This document shows positions 17,432 to 26,630 of a stretch of DNA of 54,663 nucleotides, one piece after another. This DNA is from an uncultured beta proteobacterium. GTDB lineage: Bacteria > Pseudomonadota > Gammaproteobacteria > Burkholderiales > Burkholderiaceae_B. A program made the position numbers and the translations under genes. Position 1 is the first letter of the stretch; every line of letters starts with the position of its first letter. The notes under the pieces are model-generated. The model saw nothing but the letters and a program-made list of their open reading frames with translations, did not search any database and was not told the origin of the DNA. The stretch is from NCBI GenBank assembly GCA_903924715.1, contig CAIYCP010000321.1, positions 1-54,663 of the forward strand, given 5' to 3'.

Positions 17432-20299
17432 TCATTTCTTGTCGCCCGCCATCGAGCTTGCACTGTAGCCAAGCGCTGCAAGTGCGGCCGCCGGTGTCGC
17501 ACCCTTGCGGATGAGCTCAACTGCACGAGGCCAATCGGCCTCACTAAAGAACTGCCGCGTCTTCTGAATGTCGCCACGCGTGCCACCAAGCAACGAGTCG
17601 CGTAATGCCTGCTCACGGATAACCGCCCTGACCGCCTCTGACTCGCTGATGTTTTGCGCGACCCTTGGGGGCAACTTCGCAAACTCGCTCAGCATGTCCA
17701 TTGTCGCCTCGCCGCTGAAAGGCTGCGTGGTCTCTGGACCTTCTTTGCCGCGCTTACCAACGCCTGGCACGTAGCCAGTGCTGGTTACCGCTTTAACTTG
17801 CTCTGCCGGGTAGATGTCGTTTATTTGCTGCTTGACCTTCTTGGTGAAAATCTTATTGAAGTCTTGAGCGCTCATGCTCGGATCAAACGGGAATATGGAG
17901 ATGCCGCGGTTAGTGGCCGTGATCCCAATATCCTTGTTGTGCTTTTCCAACACCTTGGCTATCTGAGCCAATTGATCGGAGGTTGGGGTTATGCCCGCGG
18001 TCGGATCCTGTAACGCGTCTGGGTTTCGGCCTCGGGTGTCTAGCAAGAACGAGTTCTTACCCTTAACGCCTTGCATCGTGTTGGGCAGGTTAAAGGCACC
18101 GGCCTCTTGGGCGCTGTTCAGTGAGCGGAACTGTTCGACGGCCTGCGCGACCTGTTGCGAAAGCGGAGAGATCCTGCCGCCGCCACCACCTGTGGGAAAG
18201 TCCATCAGGGGGCGGGCGATGGTCATTGGGTTTGCCTCAACGCCACCGAGCTGATTCGTATAGACGCCTTGCGAAGATGTTGATGGCAGTTGGCGGTAGC
18301 CCAGTGCGCTGTAGAGCACGTCTCGGTTACCTTCGCCCACGCCCGGCAACGCGCCAGACTCGGGCACTGGCCGATCCCATCTGCCGGTCGCGCCGTACGC
18401 CAACTTCTCTTCAGGCGACATGTTGAGCACCTGCGCAACGTGCTCGAGCGACGCGCCAGGCACCGCTTCGTGCGTGGCCGACAGCGCGTGCTTGTACATG
18501 TAATCGCGTGAGGTATTGTTCGCGTCAATCAAAGACTGCTTGATACCCTCGAGCTCGTCGCCCTTGTAGCGGCCTTTCTTGCCGCGTGCGTGAAAGTCTT
18601 GTGCCTTACCGTAAACCCAGGGCACCTCTTGGATGTGAGGGCCAGCCCAGTCGGTGCGGCCACCCACGCCTGCGAGGTTTGCGCGATCGACTTGGAGCGC
18701 CGTCTCGGCATCCATAAACGGATGCATGGTCGTTGACACGCCAGCCTTCCACGGGTTGCCCTGCGGGTCGGTATACCCCATGCCCTGCGCACGGCGGAAA
18801 TCATTCACGCCAAACAGGCCTTCGTTAGGGATGCGCGGATCGTTCTTGTTTGCGTACTCGCCGATCTTAAAGCCTAGCTTAGCGGCGCGGTCTTCTGCAA
18901 CGGCGTTATCGAGCGTGCGCATGCCTGCACCGCGGTAGGCCATCGCGGGCTCGCCTGCCACCCGGCTGTTCAAGTGCTTAAGCGCGAACGCCAACTCAGA
19001 CTCTGGGCTCACGCCCGCTGAGTAAACGCCATGCTGCTCGAGCACGCGGTTTAATTGGTATGGCTCGGTAGTCGAACCAATGCCCTGCTTGGCGCGATCG
19101 TACCAGGTGCCTAAGCGGGTCGGGTCAGCGAGGCGCACGGCCTCGACCGAGTCAATAAAGTCTTTGTCGATCCCACGACGCATGGCACCCAGGCCTTGGG
19201 GGCTGGTGACCGTTCGCGGCGCTCCGATGTAGCCTGATTCGGTGGGCTTTAAGTGCTGTCCGGTCTGGGCGGCTTTGATCACCGCGGCGTCGCCCTTCTG
19301 GTCGGCCATCGTGCGGTAGAAGTCGGCCGGCACCGCACCGCGGTTCGTGCCCTTGGTTTTGGGGGCGGGTGCAGCGACAGGCGCGACTAAGCCTGCGTCG
19401 GCTGCATCGGCCGCCTCGGCCTCAGCCAGGTTGGCCTTCTCGACCTTCTTGGTTCTGGCTGCTTCTTGAATATGCTTTTGACCGAACTTGTCGATCACGG
19501 CCTGCTCTTCTGGCGTGCGCACGGGTTCCACAACTTCTTCGACGGCTTTGGGTGCACGCTTAGGCTTAGGCGTGACGTCTTTGATCGACAGGCCTGGTTG
19601 CGGGATCATGCCCGCGTCGTACAGCTCGCGCACCATGTCATCGACCTTGGTGGCGTAAGGCGCGGCCGCCTTAACGCCGACCCCGGCGAGCTTTTTAGCG
19701 CCACCGAGAACGGGCGCTGCGAACTGGGCAATGTCGAGCACTCGCGGGTCAAGGCGCAGCGTCTCACCGCTGCCGATGAACGGGCTCGCACGGTAGGGCT
19801 GCTCTTCGGTGATGTCGCGGCTCGTCTTCGTGTAGTCTTGCAGCGCGGTGCCGGCGCTTTTAAGGGGCGCGGCCAACAGGGCTTCGGCCAAAAAGTTATG
19901 CACGGGGTGCGTCTTTGAGATGGGCTCGAGCGCCTCGGTGATGAACTTGCCGGCCTTGTCCATGTAACCGCCAAACGTGCCGACGGCGCTCTGCGTGCGC
20001 GACTGTGGCGTGGCCTGGATGACCGGGCTATCGCGGTGCTGTGCGCGACCGAGCTCGTACAGCATCTGATCAAGCGACACTTCGCCGCCCTCGTCGAAGT
20101 GCATGCCGCCGTGGTTCATACCGATGCTGTGCCGGTACTCGGCGAAGGGGATCTGAGCGGTATTGAAGACAGGCCTGCCGTCGAGGATACCGCCATCGGC
20201 CATGCGCACAGCGCCGCCCCCGCGGTAGCTCGAGTCTTGCATGAGCGCGTAGCGCATAGCCTCGGGGTCTTGGATCGTGTAATCGAGTGGATTTGTCAT
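17432..20299 (-). CDS. Large hypothetical (polyvalent-like) protein, possible HhH-glycosylase-like core
   Basis: 955 aa between TerL and portal; N-term MADGG/FDEGG motifs; central WY..SP..K..ND..Q..W pattern. Confidence 0.7.
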   Translation of the reverse strand: MTNPLDYTIQDPEAMRYALMQDSSYRGGGAVRMADGGILDGRPVFNTAQIPFAEYRHSIGMNHGGMHFDEGGEVSLDQMLYELGRAQHRDSPVIQATPQSRTQSAVGTFGGYMDKAGKFITEALEPISKTHPVHNFLAEALLAAPLKSAGTALQDYTKTSRDITEEQPYRASPFIGSGETLRLDPRVLDIAQFAAPVLGGAKKLAGVGVKAAAPYATKVDDMVRELYDAGMIPQPGLSIKDVTPKPKRAPKAVEEVVEPVRTPEEQAVIDKFGQKHIQEAARTKKVEKANLAEAEAADAADAGLVAPVAAPAPKTKGTNRGAVPADFYRTMADQKGDAAVIKAAQTGQHLKPTESGYIGAPRTVTSPQGLGAMRRGIDKDFIDSVEAVRLADPTRLGTWYDRAKQGIGSTTEPYQLNRVLEQHGVYSAGVSPESELAFALKHLNSRVAGEPAMAYRGAGMRTLDNAVAEDRAAKLGFKIGEYANKNDPRIPNEGLFGVNDFRRAQGMGYTDPQGNPWKAGVSTTMHPFMDAETALQVDRANLAGVGGRTDWAGPHIQEVPWVYGKAQDFHARGKKGRYKGDELEGIKQSLIDANNTSRDYMYKHALSATHEAVPGASLEHVAQVLNMSPEEKLAYGATGRWDRPVPESGALPGVGEGNRDVLYSALGYRQLPSTSSQGVYTNQLGGVEANPMTIARPLMDFPTGGGGGRISPLSQQVAQAVEQFRSLNSAQEAGAFNLPNTMQGVKGKNSFLLDTRGRNPDALQDPTAGITPTSDQLAQIAKVLEKHNKDIGITATNRGISIFPFDPSMSAQDFNKIFTKKVKQQINDIYPAEQVKAVTSTGYVPGVGKRGKEGPETTQPFSGEATMDMLSEFAKLPPRVAQNISESEAVRAVIREQALRDSLLGGTRGDIQKTRQFFSEADWPRAVELIRKGATPAAALAALGYSASSMAGDKK

Positions 20300-20302
20300 A
20301 GA

Positions 20303-21697
20303 TCACATCGCATAGGGATTCTCACGGCGGATCCGTCGATCCTCGTCATACTCGTCATCATAATGCACAACCGGGTCAATTTCAATGAAGTTCATGTCGC
20401 GCAGCACGCGCAGGGCTTGGCTAAGCGCGTCGCAGTAGTCGTCGTGCTTGGCGTTGGGGAAGCTGCATACCTGGGTGACAAAGGGGCTGAGCCATCGTCT
20501 TGGCTTGCCGGGTCTGTCTTCTGACTCGGGCAGGTAAACGCGCCCGCGCATGATGAGCGGGGCGACCAGGTTCAGGCGCATGGTCTTGTCGGCACGCCCT
20601 GGGTTGTAGGAGCGCACTGGCAAGTTGGCGCGTTGCAGGTCTTGGATGAGCGAGATGCCCGCGGACTTGTCCTCGATCAGGATGAGATCGACTTTCTTGC
20701 CGTTGCCGAACTCGTTCTCGTCGCCGTAAATGCTGGTCGCCTCTTCGATGACCTTGGGGCGCAGGTCAGGGTAGAGCATGTGCTCCGACCAGGCGTCGAT
20801 CACCATCGCGGACATGGCCTTGTCGGGCGACGGGCGAAAGATCCCGAGCACCACGCAGGCGGTCGGGTCGTTGGAGGTCTTGTCCGAGGTGGCGCAGTCG
20901 TATGACTGGACGACGTACTCGAACTGAGGCAAAGGCTTGGCGGCCGGCCAGAGCTTGAACCAGCTCTCGCTGACGATACCGCCCTCGAGCTCAGAGATCA
21001 GCTCGGCGTACAACTCTTGGCGGCCGAGCGTGGTGCCGTCAAACTGCGCGAGCTCGTCGATGAATGACTTGGCGAGGTTATCGGCGTTCTCGAAGGTCGA
21101 GCCCGTGGTCATGATCGTCGAGCTGTCCTCGTCTTCGGCCTCGTCCACCAACTGGCGCACCAAGTCGATGGGCTTAGGGGTCGTGGTCACGATCGCCTTG
21201 GGGTTCTGACCAAGCCGTAAGCCAAACTTCATCATCGACCACGCCTCGTCGGGGTACTGCCAGGCGGCCGCCTCATCGCACCAGACGATGTGATGTTGTG
21301 GGCCACGTAACCGGCTAGGTTCTTCTGCCGAGAACCCCCTAATTATGCTGCCGTTCTTGAGCGTGACCTCAAGTAATGATTTGTTGTATCCGGATATGAT
21401 TGAAGGCGGGAGCACCGCCATCAAGCCAGACTCGCCCTCGAGGCACACGGCGCGGACGTCGTTTGTGGTGGGGGCGATGATCCCGCAGCGGGTGTTGGGG
21501 TTTGTGGCCGCGTACCAACCGAGCGCCTGGGCACCAGTCTTGGTCTTACCCCAACCGCGACCGGCCAAGATGAGCCAAGTCGTCCACCAATCGCCATCGG
21601 GCATAATTTGTTTGGGGCGTGCGGTATCAAACCAAGACTCACGCCAGTCGAGCATGACGAGCTCTTCAATGCTGAGCTCGACCAGCTCTTCAGCCAT
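20303..21697 (-). CDS. terL: Terminase large subunit
   Basis: Walker A LAGRGWGKT, Walker B VWCDE, TTTP coupling motif, LGRQEL, nuclease SYDCA...IEDKSAG...HDDYCDA; likely start ATG 21697. Confidence 0.95.
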   Translation of the reverse strand: MAEELVELSIEELVMLDWRESWFDTARPKQIMPDGDWWTTWLILAGRGWGKTKTGAQALGWYAATNPNTRCGIIAPTTNDVRAVCLEGESGLMAVLPPSIISGYNKSLLEVTLKNGSIIRGFSAEEPSRLRGPQHHIVWCDEAAAWQYPDEAWSMMKFGLRLGQNPKAIVTTTPKPIDLVRQLVDEAEDEDSSTIMTTGSTFENADNLAKSFIDELAQFDGTTLGRQELYAELISELEGGIVSESWFKLWPAAKPLPQFEYVVQSYDCATSDKTSNDPTACVVLGIFRPSPDKAMSAMVIDAWSEHMLYPDLRPKVIEEATSIYGDENEFGNGKKVDLILIEDKSAGISLIQDLQRANLPVRSYNPGRADKTMRLNLVAPLIMRGRVYLPESEDRPGKPRRWLSPFVTQVCSFPNAKHDDYCDALSQALRVLRDMNFIEIDPVVHYDDEYDEDRRIRRENPYAM

Positions 21698-22019
21698 CTT
21701 TGAGCCGTCGGGCTGCAATCTTCTCAATTAGAGATACGCGCATCTCGACAGGGCCGCCCCCGTCGCCAACGTGCTCAGTGCGAGCCAACTTAGGGATGTG
21801 GTACTCGCTGACCTGCAGCACTAATTCAATGGCAACCTTCGGTCCATGCTTAGGATCGACAGCGACCTGCTCAAGCCACTCCTGCATGCGGTGGGCATTC
21901 CCATCCACGAAGGCCGCGAAAGCCTCCCTGGCGAGCGTTGTGGCCTTGTTAGGCACGCCCACGGCACGGCCGCCCGTTTTCGGTCTACTTTTTTCTACTT
22001 TAGATTTTGAGTTATCCAT
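21690..22019 (-). CDS. terS: Terminase small subunit
   Basis: KTGGRAVGVPNKAT N-terminal motif, EHVGDGGGPV; overlaps the terL start. Confidence 0.7.
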   Translation of the reverse strand: MDNSKSKVEKSRPKTGGRAVGVPNKATTLAREAFAAFVDGNAHRMQEWLEQVAVDPKHGPKVAIELVLQVSEYHIPKLARTEHVGDGGGPVEMRVSLIEKIAARRLKDG

Positions 22020-22114
22020 TTTCAAATTGTATCAAAATCACACTAAAAACAACATTTTTATCAAAACTAGGGAAAACCCCTAGAAAATAATTGATAGATT
22101 GTATTGAATCGTGT

Positions 22115-22136
22115 GAAATCGTGTTACTATTTGTTT
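22115..22136 (+). promoter_or_regulatory. Putative early promoter (extended -10), copy 1
   Basis: GAAATCGTGTTACTATTTGTTT, 20/22 identical to 31152-31173; TG-n-TACTAT. Confidence 0.65.
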
Positions 22137-22180
22137 GTGGGCGAACCACACCAACCAGATAAACTGACCGGAGCAAGAAA

Positions 22181-22363
22181 ATGAAAGCAAACGATATTGT
22201 AAAAATCAAACCCGAATACTGCGACGCAGGCGAGTCTGGTTTTACTTACCAGGTGGTTAAGGTTTACGAAGAGAACGATTCGGTTGTTTTAAAAGACACT
22301 GACGGCGATAACGCTCTTGAGTTGCACATCCCAACTTGGATGATCGTAGGAGAATTAGTATGA
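22181..22363 (+). CDS. Small hypothetical protein (SH3/KOW-like)
   Basis: GGAG RBS; MKANDIVKIK beta-rich pattern. Confidence 0.7.
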   Translation: MKANDIVKIKPEYCDAGESGFTYQVVKVYEENDSVVLKDTDGDNALELHIPTWMIVGELV

Positions 22364-22587
22364 GCTGGGCAAAATCAAACACAACCAAGCATTCCTGCGG
22401 CGGCGTGGTCTTTGGCAAGAAGACAAAGGGCTGCCCACGCTGCGACGAACTCTTGGCCGGTGCCACACCAACCAAGTGGGGCTCAACGATCGCTCGAGAG
22501 CGTGAAGAGGCATTCTTAAAGGCCTTGCGTAGCCACAACTGCAAGTCGCATGGCTGCCTGAGTATCTGTGTTGCTTTTGATAATTAA
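22360..22587 (+). CDS. Small Cys/His-rich hypothetical protein
   Basis: AGGAG RBS then ATG at 22360; HSC..CPRC..HNCKSHGCLSIC. Confidence 0.65.
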   Translation: MSWAKSNTTKHSCGGVVFGKKTKGCPRCDELLAGATPTKWGSTIAREREEAFLKALRSHNCKSHGCLSICVAFDN

Positions 22588-22613
22588 TCCTATAACAAAC
22601 CAAAGGAAATGCC

Positions 22614-22802
22614 ATGACAAAATCACAGTTATTCACGCGCTTAGTAAAGTGCAAAGTTCAAGCCAAGAAACATTACGATGAGTACGTTCTTCGGAAGCAC
22701 ATTTTTAATGAGCCTGTACAGGCCGCTGTTCAACTTCAAAAACACGATGACTTGCTTGCTGAAGCTGAAATCTGCAAACTTGTTTTGCAATCTGATTATT
22801 AA
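22614..22802 (+). CDS. Hypothetical protein
   Basis: AAGGA RBS; followed by a terminator. Confidence 0.6.
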   Translation: MTKSQLFTRLVKCKVQAKKHYDEYVLRKHIFNEPVQAAVQLQKHDDLLAEAEICKLVLQSDY

Positions 22803-22822
22803 TCTCAATAAATAAAAATACC

Positions 22823-22855
22823 AAAAAAAATAACCCCCATCTCTGGGGGTTTTTT
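22823..22855. terminator. Probable bidirectional terminator
   Basis: A-run, AACCCCCA-TCTC-TGGGGGTT, T-run, between convergent units. Confidence 0.75.
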
Positions 22856-22867
22856 CATGGCTAGGTG

Positions 22868-23051
22868 CGGAACTTCTACCGGAACTTTGTGATTTTTTAT
22901 TTTTACTCTAAAACCCCAAAAACCACCGCAGCATGGCCATCGGAACTTTTGGACGCGTCGCAAGGCTAGCGTACCAACTGATAGTTCCGCTGTCAAGCCC
23001 TTTGCCCAAGCGGAACTTTTTCAATAGTTCCGGAACAGTTCCACCAGTTCC
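22868..23051. repeat. Iteron-like GGAAC(T)/AGTTCC cluster; putative replication origin
   Basis: Nine copies in both orientations next to AT-rich DNA, just downstream of the primase-helicase gene. Confidence 0.6.
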
Positions 23052-23061
23052 ACTAAGTATT

Positions 23062-25104
23062 TCAACCATTCTTTTCAACCATCCAAGCGCTTGCGATGAC
23101 CTCATTTTTAATTGCCCAACCTTGCTCTAAAACGACTAAAACATCAGCATTTACAAGGCCTCCGATGAATTTGTCGTTGCTGGATTGGCAGTACTTATTT
23201 GCGCTTGCCGCACTCAATCCGTCGTTCTCAATGAGGAACTCAAGCATCGCCTCGCGGGTTACAAACGGCATATTTTCGTGCATCTGACAGTGGTTTTTAA
23301 ACCACGATCTTTTAAATCTTTTTAAACTTTCGTCAACTTTTGTGTCTTTTTTGACACTTTCGACGGGTTCAACGAGCTCGACGACCGCAGTGGTCACGGG
23401 CTGCCCATCCTCATCAAACCAACCAGGTATCTGCACGCCGATCAACTTGGCATAGACCGTGGCGGCCAACTCCGAGTCCTTTGACTTGCGCTGCACGATC
23501 TCGATCGGACGTCCATCGACGGTGGGCACTACGCTGATCTCGATATCCAGTGCGCCCTTCCAAGCTGACGACCCGCGGGCTCGGTGCTGCGCCTCTTCCG
23601 AGACACCTGTGTGGTGCACGAGGATGACCGAGCAGTCGAACTCCTTCATGAGCCTGGCGCAGGCGTCCAACATGGTCTTGGCATCCTGGGCGCTGTTTTC
23701 GTCGCCTAGCAGGTGCCTGTGCATGGTGTCTACGGCGATCAGGCTTGGCCGCACGCCTAGCGCACGGATAGCCTCGGCGACCTTGTTATAGCCCTCTGGG
23801 GTGTTTAGGTCTACGCCCTCGGGGCTAATCCACATCTCTAGGTGTTGGACGTTGTGGTGGTGCTTCCAACCGGCAATCCTGCCCTTGAGCCCGTGATGCC
23901 CCTCGCCTGCTAGGTAGACAACCGGTACGTTCTTAACGTTCTTGTTGTTCCACTGGGTGATGGTGGACGCGATGCGCAGGATCCAGTCTAGAGTGATGAA
24001 GGTCTTGCCCCCACCTGAGGGACCATGAATCATGATGAGCGCGTTGGCTTGAATCCAGTCGCGAATGAGCCACTTTAGGGGGGCGGGCTGAGAGGAGAAG
24101 TTATCTGCCCCCATGAGCCACTCTTGCAGGGTGGGGGCGAGTAAGAAAGCTAGGTCACCGCCTGCGAGCACGAAGTCGTTCACATCAGACTCGGTGGGGC
24201 TCACCACAAACCGTGCGCCGTGCTTGGCGCAGGCCTGCTCGGCATACTTTTGGCCAACCCCTGACTTATCAAAATCAGCCACGATAACGATCTCTTGTTG
24301 GGTGCCAAGCATTGCGCGCAGTGCACCGAGTACAGGCACGAGGTTGCTTGCGCTATAGGCGATGGCGCACGGCCGGCCGGTCGCCTCGTGGATGGTGGCC
24401 GCGGTCGCGAACCCCTCGGCCATGTAGACCACGCCTGGCTCGTCTGTGGTGCCGAGTTGCCAAAAGCAGCCGCCAGTCGCCCCGCCCATGTGGTAGAGCT
24501 TGCCGCCCTCGCTGTCTATGTACTGCAGGCTTGATAAAACGCCCTCAGAGTCAAAGAGGGGAACGACTAAGCGCCCGTCGCCGGTGACCCGTGCACCATT
24601 GGGGTTGATGTTCTTGCGTTTTAAATACGGGTGATCTTGGGATGCCGCCATGCAGCTTGACCAGATGATCTCAACCGTGTCGGCCGCGGTCTCGTGCTGT
24701 TTGGCACGCTCGGCGTCTCGTAAGACCCGCGCCTCGGCCATACGCCGGGTGAGCGCCATCTCTTCTGTTGCCGTTAACTTTCGATTAACAACGGCACGCC
24801 AGTTATGGTCTACACCAGCACGCCAACAACCAAACTTTCCTGCTGCAACCTCGCCATCAAAGGCGATGTACCAACCTGTCTTGTCTCCCGCCGCCTTGCC
24901 GCCCTTTTGGCCTGACCTGAACCGGTGAATCTTGCCATCAAAGTACAGGGTGTCGGGTGCCGTGAACCCTGCGTTAATCATTGCCTCTCTTAACTGTGAC
25001 TCTGGTGAGGCTATAGGTGTTTGATCTATTGGGGGCGGTACGAACGCGCCACCAAAGATGTGAGAAAGATTAGCCATGTGTGCGCCACTCTGAGAGGTAA
25101 TCAT
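23062..25104 (-). CDS. Primase-helicase (Toprim + RepA/AAA_25-type helicase)
   Basis: Toprim AEGFATA..IVADFD..DVND; Walker A HGPSGGGKT; IAVDT, LVHHTG, RGSSA. Start could be the downstream ATG (MANLSH). Confidence 0.9.
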   Translation of the reverse strand: MITSQSGAHMANLSHIFGGAFVPPPIDQTPIASPESQLREAMINAGFTAPDTLYFDGKIHRFRSGQKGGKAAGDKTGWYIAFDGEVAAGKFGCWRAGVDHNWRAVVNRKLTATEEMALTRRMAEARVLRDAERAKQHETAADTVEIIWSSCMAASQDHPYLKRKNINPNGARVTGDGRLVVPLFDSEGVLSSLQYIDSEGGKLYHMGGATGGCFWQLGTTDEPGVVYMAEGFATAATIHEATGRPCAIAYSASNLVPVLGALRAMLGTQQEIVIVADFDKSGVGQKYAEQACAKHGARFVVSPTESDVNDFVLAGGDLAFLLAPTLQEWLMGADNFSSQPAPLKWLIRDWIQANALIMIHGPSGGGKTFITLDWILRIASTITQWNNKNVKNVPVVYLAGEGHHGLKGRIAGWKHHHNVQHLEMWISPEGVDLNTPEGYNKVAEAIRALGVRPSLIAVDTMHRHLLGDENSAQDAKTMLDACARLMKEFDCSVILVHHTGVSEEAQHRARGSSAWKGALDIEISVVPTVDGRPIEIVQRKSKDSELAATVYAKLIGVQIPGWFDEDGQPVTTAVVELVEPVESVKKDTKVDESLKRFKRSWFKNHCQMHENMPFVTREAMLEFLIENDGLSAASANKYCQSSNDKFIGGLVNADVLVVLEQGWAIKNEVIASAWMVEKNG

Positions 25105-25252
25105 TAAGTGACTTAAAGACTTTATATGTCGGGTTGCAAAGAGGATTGTCGCGCACCTCTCGCAGTGTATTGGCGTGTAGCCCAGTCGCCTGCGCCACCA
25201 CTGGCAATCGTCGATCTTTTAAACGGCTACGAATTTCATCTAGCGTGAGCAT
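25070..25252 (-). CDS. Small HTH DNA-binding protein (Cro-like)
   Basis: VVAQATGLHANTL..NPTYK helix-turn-helix; GAGGT RBS. Confidence 0.8.
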   Translation of the reverse strand: MLTLDEIRSRLKDRRLPVVAQATGLHANTLREVRDNPLCNPTYKVFKSLNDYLSEWRTHG

Positions 25253-25277
25253 AATTACACCTCATTCAGTTTATTTC

Positions 25278-25318
25278 ACAATATACAGTTGACAATATAC
25301 TTTTATTTGTGGAATAAT
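25278..25318 (+). promoter_or_regulatory. Sigma70-like promoter with direct-repeat operator in a divergent control region
   Basis: TTGACA (25289) -18 nt- AATAAT (25313); ACAATATAC at 25278 and 25292. Confidence 0.65.
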
Positions 25319-25376
25319 TCAACCAATCGCTCAACAGATTGTCTGATCGGCGGGATAACAACATAGGAGAGCCATC

Positions 25377-26051
25377 TTGGCTATCAACTTAAAATCGACG
25401 TCCGATTTATCGGGCAACGGCGTCAAGGCGCTGGTCTACGGGCAGGCTGGGGCGGGTAAGACAACGCTCGCGGCCACCATGCCTAACCCCGTTATTCTGT
25501 CAGCAGAGGGCGGGCTGTTGTCAATTAAAGATGCAAACCTGCCGTTCTTGGAGATCAGCACGATGGCTGATCTTTGGGAGGCCTACGAGTGGTTAAACGA
25601 AGGTGCAGGCAAAGAGTTCGACTCGGTGGTGTTGGACTCAATCAGTGAGATCGCCGAGGTGGTGCTCAACTCTGAGAAAAAGAGCAACAAGGATCCGCGT
25701 GCTGCCTACGGTGCGATGGCCGAGCAGATGGCCGATATCATTCGCGCCTTCCGCGACTTGTCCGGCCGTAACGTTTTGATGACCGCCAAGGTTGAAAAAA
25801 CGGCCGACGAGATGGGGCGCATTTTGTATGCACCGAGCATGCCAGGCAAGCAAACTGGGCAATCCCTTCCTTACTACTTTGACTTGGTGCTTGCCCTGCG
25901 CGTAGAAAAGGATGCCGACGGCGTGAGCCAAAGGGCTCTGTTGTGCGACTCAGACGGGCTTTGGTTGGCCAAGGATCGTTCAGGAAAACTCGACGCCTGG
26001 GAGCCTGCTGACTTTTCCGCGATTATTGAGAAAGTGGGGGGTGGGGTATGA
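25377..26051 (+). CDS. AAA_24/Sak4-like ATPase (putative recombinase)
   Basis: VYGQAGAGKTT, VVLDSISE, LAKDRSG; TTG start after AGGAG; next to SSB and exonuclease. Confidence 0.8.
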   Translation: MAINLKSTSDLSGNGVKALVYGQAGAGKTTLAATMPNPVILSAEGGLLSIKDANLPFLEISTMADLWEAYEWLNEGAGKEFDSVVLDSISEIAEVVLNSEKKSNKDPRAAYGAMAEQMADIIRAFRDLSGRNVLMTAKVEKTADEMGRILYAPSMPGKQTGQSLPYYFDLVLALRVEKDADGVSQRALLCDSDGLWLAKDRSGKLDAWEPADFSAIIEKVGGGV

Positions 26052-26251
26052 GTAAAAATCAAGCGCCAGCTTTCCCGACAACAATTAACCACGAAGTCGT
26101 GCGCGGCATGACCCTGCGAGATTACTTTGCTGCCAAAGCATTGCAAGGGTTGTTAGTTCAGGAATATTTTCAAAATGAGGGGTTTAAGGTTGTTGCAGAA
26201 GAGGCGTACAAATTTGCTGACGCAATGCTAACCGCCAAGGAGCAAGAATGA
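26048..26251 (+). CDS. Conserved small phage protein
   Basis: PAFP..GMTLRDYFAAKALQG..AYKFADAML motif. Confidence 0.8.
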   Translation: MSKNQAPAFPTTINHEVVRGMTLRDYFAAKALQGLLVQEYFQNEGFKVVAEEAYKFADAMLTAKEQE

Positions 26252-26625
26252 GCCTATATCAAGCATGGCTTAACGCCAAACAGACTGAAGAGACGGCAGT
26301 CAAAGTCCGTCGCGACCTCGAAGACCAGATGGTCAAGGAGTTTAACGTCGCCCCCACGATGGAAGGCACAAAGAACTTCCCCACACCTGACGGGTTCTTG
26401 GTCAAGATCGTTGGGCGCATGACCCGCAAGGTCAACGCTGAGCGCCTACAGGAACTGGCCGCTGAGCACGGGCTTAGCGATCACTTGGCTAGTCTTTTTA
26501 AGTGGACGCCCACGATCGTAAGCGATCAATGGGAGTCTGCAGACCCGAGCATTACCGAGCCCTTGCTCGATGCGATCACCACCACTGCCGGTCGTCCAAC
26601 ATTCAAAATCATTGTTAAGGAATAA
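26248..26625 (+). CDS. Hypothetical protein of the recombination module
   Basis: ATGA overlap, AAGGAG RBS; WLNAK..LFKWTP..ITTTAGRPTF. Confidence 0.75.
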   Translation: MSLYQAWLNAKQTEETAVKVRRDLEDQMVKEFNVAPTMEGTKNFPTPDGFLVKIVGRMTRKVNAERLQELAAEHGLSDHLASLFKWTPTIVSDQWESADPSITEPLLDAITTTAGRPTFKIIVKE

Positions 26626-26630
26626 ACATC

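Noticed and set aside
1171-21731. Numerous plus-strand ORFs opposite the structural genes (e.g. 3670..4371, 8666..9244, 15530..16069)
   Set aside because: Antisense shadows of long minus-strand genes with no recognisable motifs; only 17243..17431 occupies its own gap
22805-23130. Short ORFs across the putative origin
   Set aside because: Non-ATG starts, no RBS, and they overlap the iteron cluster and terminator
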